Source of the DNA: a virus | Lineage: Duplodnaviria > Caudoviricetes | Virus record (IMG/VR): IMGVR_UViG_3300044953_000493 | Span: 1-59,970 of that record | Reading direction: 5' to 3' (one strand) | DNA length: 59,970 bases | Part shown: piece by piece, positions 32,801 to 39,389 of the stretch | How positions within the stretch are numbered: position 1 is the stretch's first letter | How the letters are laid out: each line of letters starts with the position of its first letter | Made by a program: the position numbers and the translations under genes | The notes under the pieces: model-generated | Databases searched by the model: none | Seen by the model: the letters and a program-made list of their open reading frames with translations, nothing else | What the model was told of the DNA's origin: nothing

Positions 32801-32987
32801 GTTTAGTTATTTCATCAACATTGATATATCTATCAATATTTTGAATTAAATCTGCAGGAGCTCCTTTAAACTCTTGAGAAACATAATATTGTGATAAAAA
32901 TTCAGAAATTAACGGAAATTCTTCTATTACATAATTTGGAAGTTGATTTTTAACAATATTGTTAAATTGAATTCTTTTTTCTTTCAT
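20850..32987 (-). CDS. gp7: baseplate wedge initiator, very large (4045 aa), with a YHYH-like domain
   Basis: FYLSKGTDESFKILFNALY, QDSFYYQNFSYSIKS...HTSGF, HSPIIGWAYDGNPIYGPYGY; follows gp6. Confidence 0.88.
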   Translation of the reverse strand: MKEKRIQFNNIVKNQLPNYVIEEFPLISEFLSQYYVSQEFKGAPADLIQNIDRYINVDEITKQADSTILKSSISFFDTEIIVDLSNTATEGFPDSYGILQIDDEIIAYTKKTPNSFTGCIRGFSGVTSLTKQNHPDQLVFAESEVAEHASGSVIKNLSSLFLKEFLLKIKYQLLPGLENRTLNSNINQSLFIKQAKDFYLSKGTDESFKILFNALYGERAVIIRPKDYLFRSSDANYQITDDLVVESIEGNPLNLIKATLFQDEYHDISKAYAPITNVEIINSGIGKTYYKLSLDSNYSRDIRVRGAIYGNFSVHSKTRLIESVSTGTTTLSVDSTIGFPQSGNLSVIYDDNTVGVISYSNKSFTQFFDCSEILKTIKDKSEVGINTYAYAKVSNELIKVRINSVIKSCSIEDNTRYYHVGDTAQIKTLGVDVDDYLFNNWFLNIASSYEIEIDSIILQNTFDYTYNIVVKTPHIFKIGDSIKILNFSGSEKVSTITNIISSTSFSISGQGILSKDQYIIRRNLLKTKSDTFQNLSNINSNVQNLYKLNEKLLVASPSLPSYYNQPLNLYNKSIIFSGTFPSSGIGSTNIFNITSTRDHGFYTGDIVYYTPPTPTNSLFDEGIYYVKRIDQNNIQFAKSKDSIYYSNFEYVSDSTTVSDNKIELYDFKSKTLLPQKLLREVCPPINDGNIYPTNPGFTGILINGVEILNYKSSDLVYYGKLKNIDVISPGFGYDIITPPTLIISDAVGYGATGYCAVKGFLSEIRIIDSGFDYQSTPIINITGGNGFGASASVNMKLIDHETSFNSESKSAFVGIGSTVSTIGFGTYHKFQNSERVLYRTYGQTGVGGLSTDSSYYVSTISPHVIKLHKTLDDAVSGINTVVLSSYGVGNHTFQSYNKKSVVGSINIIDTGSGYENKKRTVLSSGINTALSIVEIENHDYKSGEIVTYNVDGTLISGLTTNTSYYVTTVDNNKFRLSQVGIGSTNQDLYYRTKQFVIFNSTGSGTHIFNYPEINVEIVGDVGISSVGSETFKSIIKPIFRGQITSVHLSDNGIGYGSSEILNYNRQPNIILDSGSNAQLTPIIQNGKIVDVIINKSGINYSTPNIFITGSGSGASITPIVQNGSITSVKIINSGIGYSQKSTFISITSPGSSCKFDSKIQTWRVNLFEKYFNNISNDDGILSNGINKNYQLEYSHLYAPRKLREIIYSVNQNGEILYGSPDLIKVNNEEQLNSKHSPIIGWAYDGNPIYGPYGYITRQGGIVSPMKSGYELNSSQQRPNFPLGFFVEDYVCSKKSDETVLDENNGRFCVTPEYPNGTYAYFATINNISVDNSGPFKNYRRPVFPYLIGNNFKSIPNEFNFKVASNQDDFNINETSWLRFTTPYNIINKTASYPYLSTPNNLNQTVDVEFAMPGSIESVGIDSGGDGYKINDSIVFDNSDTNGSGADAKVSRIKGKSVTLVSTATSTISNAEFLSGEEKNSFTIYTENPHNLNNNDVISISGLNTTSTSLQLSSYNINVTTSTLSLNMGVGTVGATGIVTYFYVTGNLSPTNIRENDIFTISTERIKILNIDSFNSRIRVLRQIDNTVGVSHTATEILYENPKKLKIITGITTSYDYKLNRQIYFNPLDSVGLGTTAGVGIGTTLTLSNPGAGITQIFIPTKTIYLPNHKLETGDILTYSPNIGSPIGVSTNGISTSVTLTNQSQVFVAKISQDLIGISTVKVGLGSTGVFVGIASTTNGLSTLFFTGIGTGTHHSFKTNYDSITGKISRNLVTVSTSQTHGLTTEDSVFISINPSISTTFSVKYNDHNRRVVINSKDFISAGVNTSTNTISIVNHGFLNGQKIIHISSSPSGGLQNNQIYYVVIVDSDTFKLSNTYYSATSLIPEIVEITSASNGTLSPVNPAIKLYKNSSITFNLSDSSLSYVNQSTLYPAFQFKFYKDCNFIEEFNTSKTSNIFEVQKTGIIGVTTTAKIVLNVNENTPEKLYYNLIPIYDNNTPQIKREVVIDTLVKDYNELQIENSEYNGEYNISVTTPSSFTYNLIQSPESVSYTSLTSSITYETSSSSAFGPIAEFKIRNKGKNYYSLPGVATITSAFGTNAIVEVFSSSIGKIKKTKISDIGFDFSSDNTVRPTVYFPQIIKVDPLSSFLSIGISSAGKGYRSAPKLIVIDNKTKNVIPEVDLRYSLGDTQVTILKNTFGINNSLPIILPTENTNGVGISSITFNNFTKIVTVTLSVGFSTANSFPFQVNDKVLIENISIGIGSIGRGYNSKDYNYNLFTLTSVTPNLGGIGSVSYSLSEFLGSSEIPGDYDSTNSSGRIIPQKHFPIFNPILSKNNFLTGETINSNSSTGTVENWDQKNNLLIVSSKDNFYTNFSIEGFTSKTQGNITSVERRDSFFKTGSTSKVKRGWKFNSGFLNDNLQKIQDSFYYQNFSYSIKSKIDYDTWNDVVSTLNHTSGFRKFADYQLESSLSETNKNSLVVRIPTNLTSVEVTNIIVSEVNLNCVHDFDLVKENYLQIGNSSFSDEIIFSSRILTDYEESVGNRVLSIDDISSQFNSNPRATRYGDIHTFKLSDARVQKYLIYVKDRRYTDERQCEFVTLLHDDTTGFLNQYAKVYSVNDLGSFDFTIQGKDGILQFYPIKYIVNNYNISIISYNVKGILSGISSANYGGIVDVVGTSVSSASLGSTCTIVSVANTYTSSKVLVEVTGSNGQYEFDELNIIHDGSNIQFLEYGQLTSNSMSPYSSSGLGTYHSYFSGSNLIVDFIPNTGLAVTCNTLKISIANTSYTGVGTFDMKYSLLEARTTSIASSTSPIATPIGHYTNINSDNFDYDCAHFLVQVSDSVNNHHQLSEVLVFHNSTDTFITEFANIETASGLGTVGVSRTDTHTKITFTPNPNIEVQVKSFMNALQIADEASDITKIDLTNSSIVTNSNIYEGTETLIKRDFNLQHKTDDIFRRNFNGSDPLIVDILNNTIKIPNHFMVTGEEFIYSNTGAGSTQAIGIASTSFVGIGITDKLPATVYAVKVSNNLIKLASSAKNALKSTPEVLNFTSVGIGSFHTFNAINQNEKVIIALDNLIQSPIVSTSVTSLLSKHLLISEDIAYFTGITSFFGGDLIKINDEIMRIDRVGIGSTNAFLLKRPRLGTTVVGHLAGSLVTKVIGNYNIVNNTLNFSEAPYGNIPVSLPTNDSDERDWTEISVSSSFQGRVFLRSGTPNSSDEAYSKNYIFDDISQNFNGDKKSFTLTSNKSNVTGIGNENSVILINDIFQGPGSNSNYTLLENSGITSISFTGTGVSAIYDVNTSKLPRGGIIVSVGSTGGFGYQPLVSAGATVTISIAGTISAISIGNSGSGYRSGIQTNVRVGVTTSSTGTPSIQYIGIASVNTGNIVSIAITNPGTGYTSTNPPEVIIDPPLSYSEIPLIYSNSSVSGSGVNAVANIIVGQGSSVIDFELVNLGYGYEQEQILTVAIGGTAGIPTTGSASFREFQLSIEKTNSDKFSGWSIGELKVLDNYDALFDGSRTQFPILDSGSLISIRPSLGSPINVQDVLLIFINDILQIPGDGYIFNGGSVITFTEAPKSGDTSKILFYKGSGSIDVISRNILETVKEGDELTIGYDAYLKQSAFFQEDERTVTRITSTDTVDTLPYFGPGNTSNSNLLRPVVWCRQTEDKIINAQIIGKNRILYEPLIYPTAYLIKSVGIGSTIIYVDNIRPFFNPINENDASLTFQKNITLISQDNRVGATATSIVSSGGTVTSIVISDGGVGYTITPTVSISQPIGFGTTAAQNTALASATMTNGTITDIAVTFEGSGYISTSVPQVLIESPTLILESDSVNTYSGDSGVIVGFGTTTVSSIDQVIFDFFIPTASYLRDTSVVGTAITVSGIGTGDYFLIHSSNVGFAKTSIKSRDNSNNIIGIGTNFVDNVYQVESVSNVSVANTMIGIATVGSATTTIRRVFARISGISTFTFDNTNIRFDSTIFTFDSLRTDSGGGYSGDIIASNYFGNFSWGKIELTARNEENEFNFYGDRGVGGITTSAIVQRTNPFKFKNYVI

Positions 32988-32995
32988 TTTTATGC

Positions 32996-35029
32996 TTAAT
33001 ATAAATTCCTGCTATTAGAACTACTAGAACTTGAAGTTAGATTATAGTTTGATGTTCCAGAACTTGAAGTTACATTAGAGTTTGACGTTGATGAATCTAA
33101 ACCAGATGCTCTTACCAAATTCCCATTACTATAACTTGAAGATACAATATAGTTTAATGCTGATGGATCTAAACCAGATGAAATTTTATCAATTACCATT
33201 TCAAATATACTGTTACTGATATCTAGTTGCAAATATAAATCCTGCACTCCTATTACATCATTTGAATGTGGAGTTGCTGAAATTTGTATTATTGGTTGGC
33301 CGTCTTTAATTTTTGCAGATGTAATATTAATTGGATTTAATGTAATAATTCCCTTCATATAATTAATTCTTCCAATTCCTTTTTTTACAATTGTTGGATT
33401 TAAAGAAGATACGTTAGGAAGTGTAAAAATAAATATCGATCCAGTATTTCGATTGGTATCTGGAATATCAGACATATAAACCTCTTCAGAAATTCCAAAT
33501 ATTTTAAATGCTGTTGATTTAATATTATATCCTTTCATACTATTAATATGAAATTCATTTCCAAATCCAATTGAATATTCAGCAAAAGAATTTAAAACTA
33601 CTCGTAAGTCTCTTCTCATTTGAATTATTGTAATATTTGATGTTACTGAATCGTGACTATCATCAATAATTTTTAAAAATTTACTATATTTAAATCTAGC
33701 ACCATATTTGTTAAGTTCTGATGACTCTGCATATTTAAGAGCATTTGATTGAATTATACTTGATACACTGGATGAACTTGGTGCTAAATTTGAATTATAA
33801 TAAATTTTTGAAATTACCTCTAGATATAGGTACTTTAAATCTAAAATTTCTGGAACAATTCCTGCAACTGCATATTGCTTCAACATCATTTTGATATTTT
33901 CTTTAATTAAATTAGGTATAAAATCACCGGTTCTTGGTTTAATACTAATAAAAACTTTTCCATACTGTGGAGGAATGAGTTCTTCTCCACCAAATACAGA
34001 AATTGACTCAGTTTCTGGATAAATTTTTGCAGGAATTAACGTTTCATAATCATTTGAGGTAAGTGCTCGATTTTGCGTTGCATAAATTCTAGGAGCAAAT
34101 TTACGAATCGATTCCACTGGTTCAATAGATTCTCCACCAGAAGATATTAATCCTGTTGAGAGTAAAGAAATTCCTGAAGTTACATTATATGTAATTGAAT
34201 TTCGAGTATATGAAAGTCTTCCCGAAAATGTAAATTGACTGATTCCATTTCCACTATCACCATTTGATGTGATATATGAAACCTGAATATAATTTCCATC
34301 TTTTAGTGCTTTTCCAAAAACACCGTCACCAAATATTAATTCATATCTTTCATCTTCAATTTCTTGAATATAATAAACCTCAGATTCTGAATTTACATTA
34401 AATAAACTATTTTGAAGATTATATTTAACTGATATTGTAGAAGTTTGATTTGGTTTCACAATAACAGAAATTAAATCAGTATCAATTCCAGAGTTTGGAA
34501 GAATATACTTTTGATTTGGATTTCTAGGATTATATATAAAATCATTTGTTAATAAAACTCCTTCATAAATTTGAATTTCATCGAATGATGCAATATTGTT
34601 AACAACTGGTACAGTAATATCTTCAAGTATTGAAAATACAAATGATTGATTACCGAAAGATCCTGAAGTACTTGCAATTGGGCCCTTATGTAAAGTAAGT
34701 GATACTGGAGGTGGAGTAATGTTTGAGTTATCTACAAAAAAACTGATTGTTGATGTTGCTGCCTTTCTTGATTTTGGAACATATCCAATATTTCTTGCAA
34801 GAGAAACAACATTTTCTCTGAGTGTTGCACTATCAATAAAAACTTCATTTGCAACCATATTTGCATTATATGAAGTAATATAGGTATTATATGCCAAAAC
34901 ATCAAGAATTGTTGATAGATTAGATCCCTCAAAGTCATAATCCGTAAAATTAGAATTTGACTTTAAATAATTTTTAAGAGTTGTTTTAATCTGATCAAAA
35001 TCCAGATTTGTAAAATTGACTAATGGCAT
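32996..35029 (-). CDS. gp6: baseplate wedge subunit
   Basis: LDFDQIKTTLK...FTDYDFEGS...LAYNTY, QNRALTSNDY. Confidence 0.95.
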   Translation of the reverse strand: MPLVNFTNLDFDQIKTTLKNYLKSNSNFTDYDFEGSNLSTILDVLAYNTYITSYNANMVANEVFIDSATLRENVVSLARNIGYVPKSRKAATSTISFFVDNSNITPPPVSLTLHKGPIASTSGSFGNQSFVFSILEDITVPVVNNIASFDEIQIYEGVLLTNDFIYNPRNPNQKYILPNSGIDTDLISVIVKPNQTSTISVKYNLQNSLFNVNSESEVYYIQEIEDERYELIFGDGVFGKALKDGNYIQVSYITSNGDSGNGISQFTFSGRLSYTRNSITYNVTSGISLLSTGLISSGGESIEPVESIRKFAPRIYATQNRALTSNDYETLIPAKIYPETESISVFGGEELIPPQYGKVFISIKPRTGDFIPNLIKENIKMMLKQYAVAGIVPEILDLKYLYLEVISKIYYNSNLAPSSSSVSSIIQSNALKYAESSELNKYGARFKYSKFLKIIDDSHDSVTSNITIIQMRRDLRVVLNSFAEYSIGFGNEFHINSMKGYNIKSTAFKIFGISEEVYMSDIPDTNRNTGSIFIFTLPNVSSLNPTIVKKGIGRINYMKGIITLNPINITSAKIKDGQPIIQISATPHSNDVIGVQDLYLQLDISNSIFEMVIDKISSGLDPSALNYIVSSSYSNGNLVRASGLDSSTSNSNVTSSSGTSNYNLTSSSSSSNSRNLY

Positions 35030-35037
35030 TTACCTAA

Positions 35038-35439
35038 TTACCGAGTAGGTTGCAGAACAAATTCAAGTTGCTGTGGCAACACATCAGCACCAATAATTCG
35101 ATATTGAATCAAAACATCAAATGTTGTATTATCATAATCAGGAGTTGTCTGAACATCAATTAATTCAACTCGTGGTTCATAGTTTGTAATTGAATTTCTT
35201 ATTTCATTTTTAATAATTGATGCGGAAATTTCATCTATATTTTCAAAAAGAGAATCTGAAATTCGAGATCCAAAATCTGAGTCAAAAAATTTCTCTCCTG
35301 GAAGAGTAAATACAATATTACGAATTGAACGAGCAATTGCATTCTCATTTTTCAAAGCAATTAGATCTAGATTCAGGGGATTTACCTGAAAAGACATGCT
35401 AATGTCTTTAAAACCTTGACTAATTCGCTCTAAAGGCAT
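35038..35439 (-). CDS. gp25: baseplate wedge / sheath nucleation protein
   Basis: AIARSIRNIVFTLPGEKFFDSDFGS...YEPRV. Confidence 0.94.
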   Translation of the reverse strand: MPLERISQGFKDISMSFQVNPLNLDLIALKNENAIARSIRNIVFTLPGEKFFDSDFGSRISDSLFENIDEISASIIKNEIRNSITNYEPRVELIDVQTTPDYDNTTFDVLIQYRIIGADVLPQQLEFVLQPTR

Positions 35440-35458
35440 TTAATACTCTAAATCTATC

Positions 35459-35707
35459 TTATTTATTACAGTTTTTTGACTCATAAAGAGGCTCTGTTCC
35501 ATATTCCCAATCATCATAATCTTCATCGTTACGAATTTTTTTGTGAAGTTCATTTTGAGTCAAAAAATCGTGTTTTTTTGGCGTTAAATTGTCATTTGCA
35601 ATTTCACGAAGCATTTTTGGAGGTGTTACTGAATAATCTGTGATTAATTTTGTAGTTCCCCACATTTTTTTCATGTAATTTTGATCTCTATCCGAAGGTT
35701 TTCCCAT
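35459..35707 (-). CDS. conserved cyanophage-type hypothetical protein
   Basis: WGTTKLITDY motif; usual position upstream of gp25. Confidence 0.75.
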   Translation of the reverse strand: MGKPSDRDQNYMKKMWGTTKLITDYSVTPPKMLREIANDNLTPKKHDFLTQNELHKKIRNDEDYDDWEYGTEPLYESKNCNK

Positions 35708-36209
35708 TTTTTTGCTCCTGATTGGTTAAAACAGAACTTTTTACGGGGTTTTTATCCCGTTTTTTAATAATATCATAGTCATCTTTTAATATTTCTTTGA
35801 GATAATTATTATCCCACATATCATAGTAAGATGTTTTTGCTAGATCTTCTCGAAATTTACGTAATTTTTGAGTTGGTTGCCCCAAAATCAAATTATATTT
35901 ACCATTATTTGTTTGAATTCCATTAATGAATGTGTCATATTTACTACAATCTTCAAAAAATTTCCATTTATCGTATTTCAAATTGCAAACATCAACCCAT
36001 TTACAAACTTCATTTAGATTAAATTCGTCTTCAATGATATATATCACCACATCCATACCCTCAATGGGTTCTATGGCGTTTGCAGAGCACTCTACGATGC
36101 GATATTTTGACTTTGATGCAAAGGGACAAATTGCAAATCCATTTAATTCTTGTCTTATTTTAGATACTTTATGTATCCAATTAAAAATGTGTTTTTCTTT
36201 CTCAGTCAT
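35688..36209 (-). CDS. hypothetical protein (CPFA motif, DUF1415-like)
   Basis: Likely start MTEKEK at 36209; GFAICPFA. Confidence 0.6.
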   Translation of the reverse strand: MTEKEKHIFNWIHKVSKIRQELNGFAICPFASKSKYRIVECSANAIEPIEGMDVVIYIIEDEFNLNEVCKWVDVCNLKYDKWKFFEDCSKYDTFINGIQTNNGKYNLILGQPTQKLRKFREDLAKTSYYDMWDNNYLKEILKDDYDIIKKRDKNPVKSSVLTNQEQKNGKTFG

Positions 36210-36381
36210 AAAAAAAGAGTGTTTGTTTCTATTTAAGCACTTCAATATTTTGAAGATTGTGTACAAATTTCTATGTTTTTTGTTTTTCGGTTTTTTTCAA
36301 GACGAGAAACGACGGGCGGCTTGGCGTCGGCGTTTTTGGTAATTAATGATAAAAACATATAAAAACATATAAAAACATAAA

Positions 36382-36405
36382 AAGGTACTTAAATTTAAGT
36401 ACCTT
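36382..36405 (-). terminator. perfect 24-bp palindrome AAGGTACTTAAATTTAAGTACCTT, probable terminator or protein-binding site
   Basis: Lies just after the stop at 36412; followed on the minus strand by T runs (three AAAAACATAT/A decamers at 36351-36380). Confidence 0.6.
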
Positions 36406-36411
36406 GAAAGA

Positions 36412-36555
36412 TTATTTACCTTGCCCTCTAAGAGGTTTTCGTGCATTATTTCTGCTAGTTGCAGAATATTTTGTGTGTTTCCCATTTCCCTGTCGAGTAT
36501 TTTTGGGATGAGATTCAACTTCTCCTGATCCGATCAGTGATTTACGATTTGACAT
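36412..36555 (-). CDS. small basic conserved hypothetical protein (MSNRKSLIGSGEVESHPKNTRQGNGKHTKYSATSRNNARKPLRGQGK)
   Basis: 47-aa ORF read manually, below the track cutoff; resembles a small protein at this position in cyanomyoviruses. Confidence 0.75.
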   Translation of the reverse strand: MSNRKSLIGSGEVESHPKNTRQGNGKHTKYSATSRNNARKPLRGQGK

Positions 36556-36572
36556 ATAAGATTACTTTGATA

Positions 36573-37343
36573 TCAAATAATTCTCATTTTTTCGTGTCCA
36601 ACACGAATTCTTGGATCGCACCAAATTTGAAAACCTTTTTCCATTGCATCAAGACAAAATGAGACATCCTCGCCACACATGTCCTGAACCGCACCAGATT
36701 CAAAAACTTGCATCTTTGGGGCAAACCAAGGGTACTCAAGACTTTCAAATACACCTTTTTTAATTAGTACCCAACCAAATCCAGTATAATCAACTGTAAA
36801 AGGCTTACGACGTTTTGAGATACTTTCTACAGTTTCATGATTCATGACACCACCATTTTTGCGGAAGTCATCTTCTTCTAACCAATGTGCGACAGATGTT
36901 GTTTGCCCATCTTCTGTTACATACCAACCACCTACAATTTCCTTTTCTTCACCTTCTTCATTCAATGCCATATCACAAAGTTGCCAGAATTTTTTTGTGT
37001 CAAAGACAATATCCGAGTCAATCCACAATTGATAATCGTAAGTTAATTTACCATCCCAGGGAATTTGTTTTGGTCCGCGTAATACATTTGCACCTAAACA
37101 TTTACAACGTGCAAAGTTTACCATTGATGAGTAATCTTGTGAGATTTGAATATTCATTCCATTTTGTACAATGTCAAAACAAAGTTGTACAAATGCCTTG
37201 AGAAAAATAAAAGAACATCCACGACCTGGAAGACAAAAAACAATTGACTTACCTTTCATTCGTTCTTTAATCGCATCATAATTCCAATCTTCTGTTGATG
37301 ATGCTCTTGGTGCCGCAGCTTTAACAGTGAATCCTTTTGCCAT
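36573..37343 (-). CDS. GT-A fold glycosyltransferase-like protein
   Basis: WIDSDIVF (DxD), GFGWVLIKKGVFE, GEDVSFC, VGH. Confidence 0.7.
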   Translation of the reverse strand: MAKGFTVKAAAPRASSTEDWNYDAIKERMKGKSIVFCLPGRGCSFIFLKAFVQLCFDIVQNGMNIQISQDYSSMVNFARCKCLGANVLRGPKQIPWDGKLTYDYQLWIDSDIVFDTKKFWQLCDMALNEEGEEKEIVGGWYVTEDGQTTSVAHWLEEDDFRKNGGVMNHETVESISKRRKPFTVDYTGFGWVLIKKGVFESLEYPWFAPKMQVFESGAVQDMCGEDVSFCLDAMEKGFQIWCDPRIRVGHEKMRII

Positions 37344-37394
37344 AAAAATTTAATTCTCCCTTCATTTTAATTTTAACAGTTTATATATGTCTTG

Positions 37395-37595
37395 TCAATG
37401 AGAAGAATTTAATAACACTTCTCGATTTAAATATAGTTCTTCATATGACAAATCTTGAAGACTATAATCAGTTTGAATCAGACTTATCATTCCTCTTATA
37501 GTATTCCATGTTATATGAAAATCTTCCTCTTTAACTGAGTGAAATAAACATTTATTTTTTGCATATATGTGATATATTTTTTCGGTATTGTGCAT
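37395..37595 (-). CDS. hypothetical protein
   Basis: KIYHIYAKNKCL...LSYEEL; in operon context. Confidence 0.7.
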   Translation of the reverse strand: MHNTEKIYHIYAKNKCLFHSVKEEDFHITWNTIRGMISLIQTDYSLQDLSYEELYLNREVLLNSSH

Positions 37596-37626
37596 TATTT
37601 TTTTCTGGAAAATTTTTTTTATGATT

Positions 37627-37770
37627 TTATTTCACAACAATATTATATATCATGACTAATAAAAATCCAAGAGGAATGAATATTGTTTGTTTTGGATAGC
37701 GAATCATCCATCCAGCAAGCACAACTCTAAAGAAGTTCCAGTATGGTTTTCTTTTGCGAGAGTAATACAT
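37627..37770 (-). CDS. small putative membrane protein (MYYSRKRKPYWNFF...)
   Basis: Hydrophobic C-terminus; CTAAATA late promoter at 37806-37812. Confidence 0.55.
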   Translation of the reverse strand: MYYSRKRKPYWNFFRVVLAGWMIRYPKQTIFIPLGFLLVMIYNIVVK

Positions 37771-37917
37771 CTTATTTTTTTCTGGGGGATTTTTTTTCTG
37801 TGTGATATTTAGAGATCGATTTGTCACCTCTGTAGGTTAGGGTAGTGATGCGTTTTTATATAAGCAACGCCGCCCACAAAGGCATCAACGAACCGCATAA
37901 ACACTGCCAGAACACTG

Positions 37918-37947
37918 ATTATAACACATAAGCACTCATGATGTCAA
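37918..37947 (-). promoter_or_regulatory. sigma70-type promoter TTGACA-N18-TATAAT
   Basis: Exact hexamers, with TG upstream of the -10. Confidence 0.7.
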
Positions 37948-37999
37948 TTTTCGTGAGATTGTCTCTCAAGTATCACATTTTGAGTTTGAGGTTGATTGT

Positions 38000-38284
38000 T
38001 CATAACTCAAGTGCCCCCAGTTTCTGAAACTCGGAAGGAATCAGCTTCTTTGCAATACGCTTACCGTTAATCTCAAAAGTATAACGAAACTGGCCCTTTA
38101 CAGTTTTAGAAACTTTCGTTCGAAGGCAGATGTCAAGAGGATAACAAATCTTACTTGGAAAAAAGTGCTCGCAAACACCATCTAGGCGACCGGTTAAAAA
38201 ATGAAGTTTGTTGCGTTGTTGAAAATTTTCCATTGCAATCTCTTCTGAGAGTTGAATGGAATCGAAGAGTTGTTGAGTGTTCAT
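38000..38284 (-). CDS. hypothetical early protein
   Basis: ORF directly behind 26-bp element copy 1; true start may be a downstream ATG. Confidence 0.65.
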   Translation of the reverse strand: MNTQQLFDSIQLSEEIAMENFQQRNKLHFLTGRLDGVCEHFFPSKICYPLDICLRTKVSKTVKGQFRYTFEINGKRIAKKLIPSEFQKLGALEL

Positions 38285-38319
38285 ACTATAGAGACAGTTT
38301 CAGTGGCTCAGTAAGATTA

Positions 38320-38529
38320 TTAAAGACTCTCAAGAACTTCACGATAATCAATGAATTTAATACACCAACCGGTTGCAGATGTGATCTCTTCAATTAGATC
38401 ATCTTCGTCACATGCTTCCCAGATCTGTCCTAAAGTTTCATTCACAATTTCTTCTTGAAGTTGAGAAGAAATTGTACCAAAAGAATCCTCAAAATCAAAC
38501 TCAATGTTAGTAACTTGAAATTGCATCAT
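38320..38529 (-). CDS. acidic hypothetical early protein
   Basis: VTNIEFDF...DDLIEEITSATGWCI. Confidence 0.75.
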   Translation of the reverse strand: MMQFQVTNIEFDFEDSFGTISSQLQEEIVNETLGQIWEACDEDDLIEEITSATGWCIKFIDYREVLESL

Positions 38530-38789
38530 TTGCCTAATAAACCTCTCTCACGCAATTCTCTATCAATACAATCGAAGATTTCACTATAAAGGTAATCATA
38601 ATCTTCCTCGATGCTGTTGAGAACTTCGAATGCAACTTCACGATTCACAGGTATCTTGATTTGCACTTTATAAGTGCAGACATCATCATTGGTGAAGATA
38701 AACGCAGCACAGGGAGCATCTTCCCCCTGATACTCAATTAACTGATTCACGCGATCGCGAAGATTTGCCAGAGTGTTGTTAGTTGTCAT
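38526..38789 (-). CDS. hypothetical early protein
   Basis: QGEDAPCAAFIFT; ATGA overlap with the next gene. Confidence 0.75.
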   Translation of the reverse strand: MTTNNTLANLRDRVNQLIEYQGEDAPCAAFIFTNDDVCTYKVQIKIPVNREVAFEVLNSIEEDYDYLYSEIFDCIDRELRERGLLGK

Positions 38790-38824
38790 TTGCCAGAGTG
38801 TTGTTAGTTGTCATTGGATTTGTA

Positions 38825-39139
38825 TCATGCCAGACGCATTCCTGAGAAGAAAGGAATCGTGCCGTGATTCATGTTAACAAACCACTTACCTTTACGTTGG
38901 AAAATACCTTCATGAGGCAATCCAAAGGCACTCAGAATAGCATTGAGACGTGATTTGGTAGTCTGAGACTGCCAACCACCATCGAACAATTCGATCCAAG
39001 TTTCACCAATTCGAGCAATTAAATTACCATGCAAAAATACATCCACAACATTCGAACATGCAATCACTTCGGTATTAGCAACTTTGAGATCTTTGCCTGC
39101 TTTGATAGCAGCAATCATTTGAGATTCGATCTTACGCAT
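38825..39139 (-). CDS. conserved phage hypothetical protein (MRKIESQM...TTKSRLNA)
   Basis: VFLHGNLIA, GGWQSQTTKSRLNAIL; behind element copy 2. Confidence 0.8.
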   Translation of the reverse strand: MRKIESQMIAAIKAGKDLKVANTEVIACSNVVDVFLHGNLIARIGETWIELFDGGWQSQTTKSRLNAILSAFGLPHEGIFQRKGKWFVNMNHGTIPFFSGMRLA

Positions 39140-39237
39140 GTTGGTTGATTGGTTGTTCATACTATAGGAACAGTTTCAGGGGCCCAGTACTATGACTGAA
39201 AGGCACTCAAAGTTGAGACAGAATGAAAGTATTCACC

Positions 39238-39315
39238 TGGTGGGGACAGTCGGACTCGAACCGACAAAGTTAAAGTTGGCGCGCCAGCTTCAACCAATTC
39301 CGCCAAGGTGCCCCC
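39238..39315 (-). ncRNA. tRNA-like RNA with acceptor stem, T-arm and encoded CCA but no canonical anticodon arm
   Basis: GGGGGCA/TGTCCCC 7-bp stem, GTCGG-TTCGAGT-CCGAC T-arm, A-CCA end; central GGTTGAAGCTGG-CGCG-CCAACTTTAACT hairpin. Confidence 0.7.
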
Positions 39316-39389
39316 ATGTGCCAGATGATCGCTGGGAGCATGAAATCAAACTCCCACTATCGGGACACTTTCGGGGGCCCTATTAGTAT

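Noticed and set aside
20850-32987. Intein or intron explaining the 4045-aa gp7
   Set aside because: No intein splice motifs or homing-endonuclease motifs were seen; very long gp7 proteins with repeated beta domains are normal in cyanomyoviruses.
38751-38758. HIP1 octamer GCGATCGC as evidence of host-derived DNA
   Set aside because: Only one copy was noticed, inside a coding region; insufficient to support a claim.
39192-39386. 64-aa plus-strand ORF
   Set aside because: It is the antisense reading of the tRNA-like gene (VGTVGLEPT is a typical tRNA shadow).
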